A DNA stretch of 57,682 nt, from the IMG/VR virus record IMGVR_UViG_3300029319_000053, positions 1-57,682 of that record, one strand, 5' to 3'. The translations under genes were made by a program, and so were the position numbers. The DNA comes from a virus. Taxonomy: Duplodnaviria > Caudoviricetes. Of this stretch, positions 16,163 to 25,152 are shown in pieces. The notes beneath the pieces are model-generated. The model did no database searches, was not told where the DNA came from, and saw nothing but the letters and a program-made list of their open reading frames with translations. The first letter of the stretch is position 1. The number at the start of each line of letters is the position of its first letter.

Positions 16163-17512
16163 ATGAACGATGTTACAACCATCCCTGCGCCTTATGCGCA
16201 CCAAAAAACAACTACAGATTTTATAACCAACACTAAAACGTGTTTGATTACTTCAGATCCTGGCACTGGTAAAACACGCGCAGTGTTGGACGCTCATGCT
16301 ATACTTGGAGGCAAGACATTAGTCTTAGCACCACTTTCAATATTGGAAGCGGCATGGGGAGAGGACATATACAAGTTCCAACCCGAAATAAAATATGGAG
16401 TAGCTTATGCAAAAAACCGTAAACAAGTATTTGAAGATGATGAAAATGAAATGGTCATCACTAATTTCGAAGCTGTTAACTTTCTATCTAAAAATACACA
16501 CTACTGTGAGCAATTCGATACAATCGTTATTGACGAGTTTACCGCTTTTAAAAATCGGGAAGCCAAACGCAGTAAAAATCTCAAAAAAATTATCTCATAT
16601 TTTACTAATAGGATTGCCATGTCTGGTACTCCTAATAGTAATACTATTCTAGATATCTGGCACCCAGCGCTTCTCATCGATGATGGGAAGCGACTAGGTA
16701 CTAGGTTCTATGCTTTTAGACACCAAGTTTGCACGCCAAAGTTCAATGGCTTTGCTAATGAATGGATAGACAAACCAGGCATAGAAGAAGCGGTAGCAGA
16801 TAAACTTTCTGATATATCTATACGTTTTGCATTGTCCGATTGCATAGATCTACCAGATAATATTGTACGTACAGTTAATACAAAACTAACACCAAATATA
16901 CAAAAACAATATAAAACACTAGCTGATGAGTCAGTCTTATATACTAAATCTGGCACAGTAAACGCTGTAAATGCAGCCGCCCGTGTCAAGAAGTTACTCC
17001 AGCTTGTTACGGGCGCAGTGTACGATGAAGATGGTGTGGTCCAATTTGTACACCAAGAAAGATACGACATAGTTATGACACTCGTAAATCAACGTGCGCA
17101 CAGCTTAGTAGCATTCAATTGGAAACACGAGCGTGATGCATTGGTAGAGTTAGCCAACAAAGAAGGTATTACATATGATGTTATTGATGGCACTGTACCT
17201 GCTGAACGTAGAAAAGATATAGTCGCTAGATATCAGGCTGGACAAATTAAAGTTTTATTCTGTCACCCACAATCTGCATCGCACGGCCTTACTCTTACAC
17301 GTGCAAGCACTGTAATCTGGTGTTCACCAACATACAACGCTGAGCACTACCAACAATTCAATCAGCGTATATACAGAGCAGGCCAAACACAAAAGACTGA
17401 AACAATACTTATTCAAGCCAGAGGCACTTGGGAACCTGAGGTATACAAAAAACTCAATACCAAGTTAGGTCGTATGGAAAACTTATTACATATTCTTAAG
17501 GAGATATCATGA
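16163..17512 (+). CDS. SNF2-like SF2 helicase
   Basis: DPGTGKT, VIDE, SGTP, HGLTL, QFNQRIYRAGQ. Confidence 0.93.
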   Translation: MNDVTTIPAPYAHQKTTTDFITNTKTCLITSDPGTGKTRAVLDAHAILGGKTLVLAPLSILEAAWGEDIYKFQPEIKYGVAYAKNRKQVFEDDENEMVITNFEAVNFLSKNTHYCEQFDTIVIDEFTAFKNREAKRSKNLKKIISYFTNRIAMSGTPNSNTILDIWHPALLIDDGKRLGTRFYAFRHQVCTPKFNGFANEWIDKPGIEEAVADKLSDISIRFALSDCIDLPDNIVRTVNTKLTPNIQKQYKTLADESVLYTKSGTVNAVNAAARVKKLLQLVTGAVYDEDGVVQFVHQERYDIVMTLVNQRAHSLVAFNWKHERDALVELANKEGITYDVIDGTVPAERRKDIVARYQAGQIKVLFCHPQSASHGLTLTRASTVIWCSPTYNAEHYQQFNQRIYRAGQTQKTETILIQARGTWEPEVYKKLNTKLGRMENLLHILKEIS

Positions 17513-17877
17513 AAAAATTAAATGATTTATTATCAGAAGTAACTAAAGTAAGAACAGAAATAAAATCTGTACAAGCTGAAGAAAAACTTCTTAAAACACA
17601 ACAACGCGAGTTAGAAAGTCAAATATCTATTAGAATGCAAGAGCAGGGGCTCGATAAAATTTCTAATGATGTTTGTACAATCTCACTTAAAAATGAGATT
17701 GTGCCCACTGTAGAAGATTGGGACGCGTTACATCAACACATTATTGATACAAATCAATTTGAGTTGTTGCAAAAACGTATGTCTGCAACCGCCTACAGAG
17801 AACTAATAACTTCTGGTATGGATGTACCAGGTGTTAAAAGTACGGAGCTGACTAGAGTTAACTTTAGATCAGCATAA
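17509..17877 (+). CDS. Conserved phage replication-module protein (coiled coil plus VEDWD...VPGV)
   Basis: AAGGAG RBS; pattern common beside SNF2/SSB genes. Confidence 0.8.
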   Translation: MKKLNDLLSEVTKVRTEIKSVQAEEKLLKTQQRELESQISIRMQEQGLDKISNDVCTISLKNEIVPTVEDWDALHQHIIDTNQFELLQKRMSATAYRELITSGMDVPGVKSTELTRVNFRSA

Positions 17878-17908
17878 TTATAATTAGATGAAAAAAGGAG
17901 AACGTTCG

Positions 17909-18589
17909 ATGTCTAATGATATAAGTATAGTAACAAGTGAGATGCCTGCTCACGTTAAACAAGGCAACAATCTGGGTAATGAAAACATTAACTCAGAACA
18001 TTTGTCTACTCCACGTTTGAAACAGCTACAGCAGTTATCAAACGAAGTAGATGAAAACCACAGTGAATATATAGAAGGAGCCAAAGTTGGTGACTTTATA
18101 AACACTGTAACCAAAGAAAGCTACGGTAAAGAACTTTACGTAGTCAACGTACACTTCAGAGAAGAGTATGTTGTATGGGTAAAAAGAGAGAAAGGTGGTG
18201 GCTTAGTAGGTACATTCCCTACACAAGCAGAAGCTATTAAGTATCTTGAAGACGGTGGTAACAAGGTCGAAGATCATGAAATCACACAGACTCAAACTCA
18301 TACTTTGTTAAAAATAGATGAAGCAACAGGAGAAGTATCAGAAATACCTTTCTTGTTTGACTGTTCTTCTTCTAAGCTTAGAGTATCTAGAGAATGGAAT
18401 ACTCAAATAATGAAGCTTGGTGGAGACAGATTTGCTTCTTTATGGAAACTTTCATCTGTTCAAACAGCTAACAAAGCAGGACAGAAGTTCATGAACATAT
18501 CTGTTTCTAACGTTGGTTGGTTGAAAGAATCTGCTTACAATGTTGCAAAAGAGTTTTATGAAAAAACTTTTGCTACTCAAACTAAGTAG
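17909..18589 (+). CDS. Putative ssDNA-binding/annealing protein (start 17909)
   Basis: AAGGAG RBS; G.ENI...L..PRLKQLQ.LS.EV pattern; position in the replication module. Confidence 0.6.
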   Translation: MSNDISIVTSEMPAHVKQGNNLGNENINSEHLSTPRLKQLQQLSNEVDENHSEYIEGAKVGDFINTVTKESYGKELYVVNVHFREEYVVWVKREKGGGLVGTFPTQAEAIKYLEDGGNKVEDHEITQTQTHTLLKIDEATGEVSEIPFLFDCSSSKLRVSREWNTQIMKLGGDRFASLWKLSSVQTANKAGQKFMNISVSNVGWLKESAYNVAKEFYEKTFATQTK

Positions 18590-18602
18590 TTATATCTCGT
18601 AC

Positions 18603-18630
18603 GGGTGCGACATATTCTGTCGCACCCTTG
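18603..18630 (+). terminator. Hairpin GGGTGCGACA/TGTCGCACCC
   Basis: 10-bp perfect stem just after the 18589 stop. Confidence 0.7.
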
Positions 18631-18651
18631 TACGTATGCTATACTCCTTGT

Positions 18652-19050
18652 GTGAAAGAAAAGGAGTTCATAAACAAAGTGCATAGACACTTATCTAAAG
18701 AAGTTTATCGTTGGAAGATAAACGATCCTTACCACGGCGGTGTGCCTGATACTTATTACTCAGGTCCAAATAGTAATTGTTGGATAGAATACAAATACAA
18801 ACACGCGCTGCCTGCAAAGTGCACGTCAAAGATAAAAATTAATTTATCAGAACAACAACGCATTTGGTTAACACGTCAAAAAGAACATGGAGTATTTACG
18901 TACACAGTTTTTGCATCTCAAGATCTAGTGTACGTAATGGAAGATTTTACAATTAAAGAAATTACTTTAAAAGAATTTAACAAAAAAGCAGTATCTTTTA
19001 AAAATTTTATAGAAGCACTCACAAAACATTGTTTAGGAGATAAAAAATGA
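18652..19050 (+). CDS. Holliday-junction resolvase/VRR-NUC-like nuclease (likely GTG start 18652)
   Basis: KEKEF, GGVPD, WIEYK, LSEQQRIWL motifs; TGCTATACT extended -10 just upstream. Confidence 0.8.
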   Translation: MKEKEFINKVHRHLSKEVYRWKINDPYHGGVPDTYYSGPNSNCWIEYKYKHALPAKCTSKIKINLSEQQRIWLTRQKEHGVFTYTVFASQDLVYVMEDFTIKEITLKEFNKKAVSFKNFIEALTKHCLGDKK

Positions 19051-19274
19051 AAGACATGGTTAACTCACCACCACACTACAACTCTGGGGATATAGAATGC
19101 ATAGACGCAATCAAAGAAAGTATGACACTTGAAGCATTTAAAGGTTATTTAAAAGGCAACATTCAAAAGTATATTTGGCGATATGAAGCTAAAAAAGGTG
19201 TTGAAGACTTAAAAAAAGCCCAATGGTACTTAAATAGACTCATAAAAACCTTAGAAAAAACCAAAGTTACGTAG
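19047..19274 (+). CDS. DUF3310 protein (T7 gp1.7-like nucleotide kinase family)
   Basis: DMVNSPPHY...IECIDAI...GNIQKYIWRY..K.GVEDLKKAQWYL. Confidence 0.9.
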   Translation: MKDMVNSPPHYNSGDIECIDAIKESMTLEAFKGYLKGNIQKYIWRYEAKKGVEDLKKAQWYLNRLIKTLEKTKVT

Positions 19275-19368
19275 CACGCACGGAGATGCTCTGTATTGAA
19301 TTTTAAGTATTTTTGATATCAGCACAAGGACTATGTTCTTAAAATGCGTTAGACGCGATTCTGTGAGG

Positions 19369-19596
19369 TCATTTTCTTTTAAAAGACCTATTTTTTGATC
19401 TATGTTGCAAAACTACATTACTTCTTGAATTATTAGCAGGATTTCCATCTACATGATGTACATCTATAACACTTCCTTTTCTAACTCTACCCTCTCTTAA
19501 CATTTGCCTGCGTATTTTATTACGAGCTGCTCGTCTTTTCTTTTGTTCTGGAGACGAATGGTAGTTTGCATATTCGCTTTTATAGTTTCTAGTCAT
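19369..19596 (-). CDS. Small HNH endonuclease-like protein
   Basis: RNYKSEY...RAARN...DVHHVDGNPANN...N...NR. Confidence 0.85.
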   Translation of the reverse strand: MTRNYKSEYANYHSSPEQKKRRAARNKIRRQMLREGRVRKGSVIDVHHVDGNPANNSRSNVVLQHRSKNRSFKRK

Positions 19597-21348
19597 TTAT
19601 ACAGTATACACTTTTAATGGTTTCTCTTTACCTTTTACTTGAATCTTTCCGTGTGGGGAACATTTGTCCACTTTTTCTGCTGTACGTTCTCCAATAAGAA
19701 TATCCACTCCATATTTTTTAGTTGCACTTTCTAATCGTGCAGCTATATTCACAGCATCTCCTATAGCTGAATAATCAAATCTTGTATTACTGCCCATGTT
19801 TCCTACTACAGCTTCACCCGTATTTATACCTATACCTATGGCAATTGGTTCAGGCAATTCTTTCTGCAGCATACGCATTGCCGTGCGCATATCACGAGCA
19901 CAGGCGACAGCACGTTGTTCATGTTTATCAATCATTAGGGGGGAATTGAATATGGCCATACATGCGTCGCCTATGAATTTGTCCACCATCCCACCGTGGG
20001 CCTGGATGCACGTAACTTGTTCAGTTAATACTCTATTCATTATTTCTGTTACTTGTTCAGGTTCTAACTTTTCAGATAAGTTTGTAAATCCCCTAACATC
20101 AGTAAACAAAAACGTGCAAGTTCTACGTTCTCCTCCTAATTTAAGTAAGCTAGGATCTTTTTGTAATCGTGCAACTTGTCTGGGATCCAGATAGTGCTCG
20201 AACTGTTTTTTTATCTGTTGTCTTAATTTATATTGTTCCCCAAACCTTAACCAAAATTCTTGTACGGATGTAAGTGTTATAGCTACTGCGCTATAACTAA
20301 AGTCTATAAGTATATTATTTCGTACAAACCATACTGCAGCTATAGCAATACTTGTATACAGAACAATCATACCAACCATAGTGCCTGCAACGGGTAAACT
20401 ACGTATTATAATTATGCTTAATATTAAACATCCTATCAGTATAAGTAATTCATATAATAGGCTTGCACCCGGTATTTGAGGCACATTTACTGTTAAACTT
20501 TCAGCCATTGCAGCTTGTACTTCATGCGGATACAACAACCCAGCTGGCGTAGCTATTTGAGGCATGACACCTTTTGCAGTCACACCCACAAACACAAACC
20601 TATCTTTTACATCCATCTCTTGAAGCGTAGTTCGTGGAGTATCACTCCATGTTACCCATCGTCTTCCTATTTTATCTACTGGTATTTGTGCATAATTAGG
20701 TAAAGTAAGCTCTACAATCTCACTCTTCTGGCCCTTAATAATGTACGTATCTGACCCAGATATCACCTTCATAACTTCCATACCAAATGCCGGCGTCCAA
20801 CCATCTGGTGTTTGTAACAATAAAGGTAATCTTCTTACTAATTTATCTACATCTGTTCGTGCAACAGCCAAGCCCTGGCTGCTAACATTTGCAAGTTCGT
20901 ACGTATTTTGTATCACACCCTGTGCAGGAATCGCTTGTACGGGAATCCCATCGCCTAATATAACTGTGCCTGTTGTTGGGGGGTAGTTCCCATTATCATT
21001 TTCAAACATTGCAAGAACGCTTGGTGTGCCTGCCAACGCATCAGCAAAAGCTTTATCTCCACCAAATCTATCTGGTTGAGGAAAGGCGACGACCCAACCC
21101 ACGCCCCAAGCACCTGCCTCTATGAGGTCTGAATGAATTTCAGCAAGTTCTTGACGAGGGAACGGCCAGCCGCCCATCATGGAAACATCTTCTTCTGTTA
21201 TATCTAGTAATACAAAAGTGCCAGAAGGTTCAGGTATCTGCACAAGAGCATCAAATGTTTTTAACTTAAGGACTTCGAGAGCTTGCCAATTAAATAATAA
21301 TGGCATACATAGTATTGGTATGCTAAGTAACGAAATCCATTTCTTCAT
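19597..21348 (-). CDS. CHASE2-domain class III adenylate cyclase
   Basis: N-terminal TM; CHASE2 motifs GGWPFPR, DRFGGD, DVDKLVRRLPL, TPAG...EVQA; three TM helices; catalytic FTDVRGFT, DKFIGD, YSAIGDAVNIAARLE. Confidence 0.95.
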   Translation of the reverse strand: MKKWISLLSIPILCMPLLFNWQALEVLKLKTFDALVQIPEPSGTFVLLDITEEDVSMMGGWPFPRQELAEIHSDLIEAGAWGVGWVVAFPQPDRFGGDKAFADALAGTPSVLAMFENDNGNYPPTTGTVILGDGIPVQAIPAQGVIQNTYELANVSSQGLAVARTDVDKLVRRLPLLLQTPDGWTPAFGMEVMKVISGSDTYIIKGQKSEIVELTLPNYAQIPVDKIGRRWVTWSDTPRTTLQEMDVKDRFVFVGVTAKGVMPQIATPAGLLYPHEVQAAMAESLTVNVPQIPGASLLYELLILIGCLILSIIIIRSLPVAGTMVGMIVLYTSIAIAAVWFVRNNILIDFSYSAVAITLTSVQEFWLRFGEQYKLRQQIKKQFEHYLDPRQVARLQKDPSLLKLGGERRTCTFLFTDVRGFTNLSEKLEPEQVTEIMNRVLTEQVTCIQAHGGMVDKFIGDACMAIFNSPLMIDKHEQRAVACARDMRTAMRMLQKELPEPIAIGIGINTGEAVVGNMGSNTRFDYSAIGDAVNIAARLESATKKYGVDILIGERTAEKVDKCSPHGKIQVKGKEKPLKVYTV

Positions 21349-22433
21349 CCTGACCCCTGTGTGATTGTAATAGTAGAATTACCTCCACCATTAACTACAA
21401 TCTGTTGGTATTTACCATCCTGTATTAAGATAATAGTGTAACCTTGAGCACTGTTTACCGTCAACTGTGCATTTTGATTGACCTTTCTTTGGAATGCAAT
21501 TTGTTCGCCTTGCAATAAAGTAATTATTTGAGTTTCTAAATCTTGTCCTATTTCTGTGCCTTGTATTGAAGTACCTACAGTCAATTTTTTAGTATCTAAC
21601 TCATCTATTTCTTCTATAATTTCTAATAAATCTTCAAAAAAGTTTATATCTAAAAAGTTTATATCTAGCTCTGTAAACTCTAATGTATCCTCAGCTAAAT
21701 AATCTTGCTCTAGCTCATTAAACTCTAAATAGTCTATATCTAATATAGCTCCGCTATCTGCTACGGACGTTGTGGATGACTCTGTGGATAAGTCTTGTTC
21801 GTCCGGAGGCGTAACAATAAGCATGTTATCTATTACATCTAAAGTAAGATCAAGTATTACAGGTTTGCTTGGGGTTGTTTCCCATACTTCTACAGTTGTA
21901 GCTTGGTAGGGTTTGTTAAGAGTAACGCTACCTGTAGCAGTAGTAACAAGTATCTCACCACTAGAAATACCGTTAGCGTCAGGTAATAAAATAATGAGAG
22001 AACGCCCCAGTTCATCAACCGTGCATGTAAAATCTGTACCTCTGATAGCAATATCAGCGGTAGGTGTGGATAGTCTAATATTCTTTTTATCAATTTTGCC
22101 TAACCTACTGCTTATAAATCTAGCCGTGCCACTTGCAAATTGCAGAGCCATTTTACCTTTTGAAGGATCCGGGTCAAATATATATTCAGTAATAACTAAT
22201 TTAGAGTTTTCAGTTAAACGTACAATAGAGTTGTCCAGGAAAGTAATTCCTACACGGCCCGCATTAGTGCGGACATCGTCCATTTGTTGAATGCCAAAGT
22301 CTAACTCAGCCCCGTAAGACTTGTCTCGTATTACTTCAGCAGAGCCATTTAGCTCAGATATATCTCCAATATTAGCAGCTTGTGCTTGTACCGCCGTCGT
22401 TTTGAATAACGCACACAGTACCATTATTGCCAT
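21345..22433 (-). CDS. Periplasmic FecR-domain protein with acidic C-terminal region (likely start about 22433)
   Basis: Signal-like MAIMVLCALFKTTAVQAQA; D.VRT..G...ITFLDNS.VRL.ENS, TPTADIAIRGTDF. Confidence 0.9.
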   Translation of the reverse strand: MAIMVLCALFKTTAVQAQAANIGDISELNGSAEVIRDKSYGAELDFGIQQMDDVRTNAGRVGITFLDNSIVRLTENSKLVITEYIFDPDPSKGKMALQFASGTARFISSRLGKIDKKNIRLSTPTADIAIRGTDFTCTVDELGRSLIILLPDANGISSGEILVTTATGSVTLNKPYQATTVEVWETTPSKPVILDLTLDVIDNMLIVTPPDEQDLSTESSTTSVADSGAILDIDYLEFNELEQDYLAEDTLEFTELDINFLDINFFEDLLEIIEEIDELDTKKLTVGTSIQGTEIGQDLETQIITLLQGEQIAFQRKVNQNAQLTVNSAQGYTIILIQDGKYQQIVVNGGGNSTITITQGSG

Positions 22434-23070
22434 TAGATATAATTTTAAGCCAGTCCCTAGCCAATGTAGATGATTGCGTAATGTTAAAAGTCCTGCTGTT
22501 GCCTGTTTGGTCAAGATAGAAATATCCATTTTGATATCCACTTCCGTCAAATGTTATTGAGTTAGAGTCCCCATCCACGTCTACATAAGATGTGCCTAGG
22601 TCATAATCAATGTCAAAATCAAACTCGTTGCTATCTCCATTAATTATCCAGTCTAAGTCAAGTGTCGAAGCTAAAGCATTAGTACCAACATTTAAATCAA
22701 AGTCGTTACTAGAACCAGTTACGTCTACATTGTAGTTACCTGAATCTGCGCCATATGTATTGGTTGGGTCTACTTGTATATCGAATACGTTGCTATCTCC
22801 ATCAAACTCAAAAAAGCCTGTAATGCTATCTCCTAAGATATCACCTAAGAATTTGTTTGAGCTACCTATCTGATTTATATCTAAAGTAAGATTTAAACCA
22901 TCAAGATCGAGCGCGGTCATAGTACCACTAACAGCATTTAATCCACCGATGATGTTAGATGAACCTAATTGTTCTATATCTATGTTTGCGTTATTCCCGG
23001 ACTGGTCAACATATACTTCATTGTCAGCATACAAAAAACCAACTAATAGTAAGGGTAAAAGTTTTTTCAT
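22372..23070 (-). CDS. Secreted curlin-like (CsgA/CsgB-like) beta-repeat protein
   Basis: Signal peptide; repeated xDQxGxxN / IxGDSNxFxF units; adjacent to csgG. Confidence 0.75.
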   Translation of the reverse strand: MKKLLPLLLVGFLYADNEVYVDQSGNNANIDIEQLGSSNIIGGLNAVSGTMTALDLDGLNLTLDINQIGSSNKFLGDILGDSITGFFEFDGDSNVFDIQVDPTNTYGADSGNYNVDVTGSSNDFDLNVGTNALASTLDLDWIINGDSNEFDFDIDYDLGTSYVDVDGDSNSITFDGSGYQNGYFYLDQTGNSRTFNITQSSTLARDWLKIISNGNNGTVCVIQNDGGTSTSC

Positions 23071-23882
23071 TTATAACTCCAATATCCAGCTTGTTCACCC
23101 TCCTTGATAATTTCTAATACGGCTGTTTCTATGGCAGAACGCAAAGCAAGTCCTCCAGACTCATTTCGCACCACACCACTTTCTATCTCTACTAATTCAG
23201 TACCAGCTTCAATAAAACGAAACACGTCGTCTGTTAATGATACACTAAGAATGGTCTTAGATACTAGTTTTTCAAGTAACACCTGACCTGAGTTTACAGA
23301 CACAAGACGCAATTGTATGGTTATTGAGTCTGTTCTATAAGCCTTAGATATACCAATCCCTAAATATCTAGCACCTGCCCCACCAGATGTTACATTAGAT
23401 TCATATGAAACTACTGACCCTTCTAATAATAAACCTGCAAACAACAAAGTACCTATCTTTGTATTGTCTTTATTCTCAGTTCTACCACTACGGATTATCT
23501 GGCGTTCTTTAGTTAAGTTATCTAACCCACCTCTTTCTACTACGGTAAAAAAACCCCCATTTTGTTTACATGCGTCTTTAAGAGCTTTGATAAGATAGGC
23601 GCTAGGTTGTTGAGTTATAGCGGTAGAGAAGCTAGCATACATAGAATTACTAAGTCTTTGACCTGTTTGGTCTGTAAATGCGCTTCCGTACACAGCTACA
23701 GTTGGTTTTCTTTCAGGCGTACGGCATTCTTGCAAGTCTGTTATAACTAGCTCTTCTATTTGTGCTGATTCGATTTTCCGTATCGGGGCTATGTTATTTT
23801 CTATAGGGTCTTCTATTAATAACGAAGCGCAACTAGAAAGTAAAAGAACCGATAGGTACCGTAATTTCTGTAGTATTGCCAT
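23067..23882 (-). CDS. csgG: CsgG/HfaB family curli secretion channel lipoprotein
   Basis: Lipobox LSSC; F.DQTGQR, STAITQ, FTVVERGGLDNLTKERQIIRS, GGAGARYLGIG, LRLVSVNSG. Confidence 0.93.
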   Translation of the reverse strand: MAILQKLRYLSVLLLSSCASLLIEDPIENNIAPIRKIESAQIEELVITDLQECRTPERKPTVAVYGSAFTDQTGQRLSNSMYASFSTAITQQPSAYLIKALKDACKQNGGFFTVVERGGLDNLTKERQIIRSGRTENKDNTKIGTLLFAGLLLEGSVVSYESNVTSGGAGARYLGIGISKAYRTDSITIQLRLVSVNSGQVLLEKLVSKTILSVSLTDDVFRFIEAGTELVEIESGVVRNESGGLALRSAIETAVLEIIKEGEQAGYWSYK

Positions 23883-24351
23883 CTGGGTCTGTTATCTTTA
23901 AGGTTATCATTGTACCATCTTCACTTACACTATACTCAATAGTATTACCCATCAATTCAATGATACCTTGTGTTTGAGGAGTGTCTCCAAACAAAGCATC
24001 TACTAGTTGTCTCGATAACTGTGCATATATTCTAGACTCTAAGTTACGTATAAATCTTGCAAGCGTAGTGTTTTCTGCATCTCTTTTAAGCTGTTCTTTA
24101 TAAGCTTTTAGTTCTGCTTTAATATTTTCTTTACGATTAAACTCTTGGTTCTCAATAGTAAGATAATGTGAACTAGTGCCTACTCCACTAAAACTAGGGT
24201 TTTTAAAGCCATGCACTATTTGATCTGCTTTTAAATTTAAACCTATTATTCCTAAAAATAAAATAAGGCCTATTACTAATACAACTTTATACAGAACTAT
24301 TTTTTCTGCATATTCTTTTTCTAATTGTTTTTTAGTCTTTTCTTTGGTCAT
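23833..24351 (-). CDS. csgF: CsgF family curli assembly protein
   Basis: Hydrophobic leader, then ADQIVHGFKNPSFSG (CsgF F.NP.FGG); F...LESRIYAQLS; ITD.DG.TTEITVP. Confidence 0.88.
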   Translation of the reverse strand: MTKEKTKKQLEKEYAEKIVLYKVVLVIGLILFLGIIGLNLKADQIVHGFKNPSFSGVGTSSHYLTIENQEFNRKENIKAELKAYKEQLKRDAENTTLARFIRNLESRIYAQLSRQLVDALFGDTPQTQGIIELMGNTIEYSVSEDGTMITLKITDPDGNTTEITVPIGSFTF

Positions 24352-24682
24352 CTCTATCCGCCTTGGCAATTTTATTGCTATCTATAAGTTGAGGCACGCC
24401 AAGAATAGTTTTAATCAAAGTGTCTTGTCTTATAATTTCATTGTCTAAACTACGCACCCTGTCTATTAATGCTACTAAAATACCATGCTGTGAGTCAAGT
24501 TTAGTGCCAAGCCTTTGTTCTACGGCGCTTATTTGTTCTGCTACTTTATCATCGACAGTGTCTAATTTTGTTTCCATACCGTCAACAATACGCATTATTA
24601 ATTTATAAATAAACCACCCTAAACCTAGAGCAGCTGCAATAGGAAAACCTACTTCTTGGATTACAGTGACTGCTGATTCCAT
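24332..24682 (-). CDS. Single-TM plus coiled-coil protein (holin-like or cassette anchor)
   Basis: IQEVGFPIAAALGLGWFIY TM, then coiled coil; overlaps the csgF start. Confidence 0.7.
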   Translation of the reverse strand: MESAVTVIQEVGFPIAAALGLGWFIYKLIMRIVDGMETKLDTVDDKVAEQISAVEQRLGTKLDSQHGILVALIDRVRSLDNEIIRQDTLIKTILGVPQLIDSNKIAKADRDDQRKD

Positions 24683-25152
24683 CAGTCTTGTTTATTGGAG
24701 GCCCCAAAATAAAATGATATTACTGCAGAAGCTAAGCCACCAAGATAGCCTAAGACCAAATTAATTAGAGCCTCACTGTTTTGTTCTGGTGGTTGAAGAG
24801 TTACGAGAAAAATATAACCAAGAAAACCACCAACCATGGCTATACCTATAATTCTAGCTGTCCAATCTTTACTAAATGTGTTTCGTGCGTGTTGTTTTTC
24901 TTGAGCTTCTAAATCGTATAGATCTATGTCTAACTGTTTCATTTTAGTTTCAAACTCTTTTTCTGCTTTTTTGATTTCAATTAGCTGTTCAGGAGTAGCA
25001 TTTTGTATAGCTTTCTCTAAAGAAGCAGGATCATTTTCTACACCTAATACTTTTGATATGACATCTCCTGCCATACCACCTAACGGTCCGCCTAGCGCAG
25101 TCCCTAATGTTGGAGCGACGCTCCCTATTATATTACCCAGTAACTTCTTCAT
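24682..25152 (-). CDS. Holin-like membrane protein
   Basis: VAPTLGTALGGPLGG N-terminus; C-terminal TMs ending VISFYFGAS. Confidence 0.7.
   Translation of the reverse strand: MKKLLGNIIGSVAPTLGTALGGPLGGMAGDVISKVLGVENDPASLEKAIQNATPEQLIEIKKAEKEFETKMKQLDIDLYDLEAQEKQHARNTFSKDWTARIIGIAMVGGFLGYIFLVTLQPPEQNSEALINLVLGYLGGLASAVISFYFGASNKQD

Noticed and set aside
19369-19596. Mobile intron or homing element around the HNH gene
   Set aside because: Free-standing 75-aa HNH gene with no interrupted host gene or intron core visible.
22434-22550. N-terminal extension of the FecR ORF, and similar extensions of polA (10861), terS (1644) and 10762
   Set aside because: The extensions overlap other genes or promoter regions; downstream starts have a better RBS, coupling or signal-peptide context.
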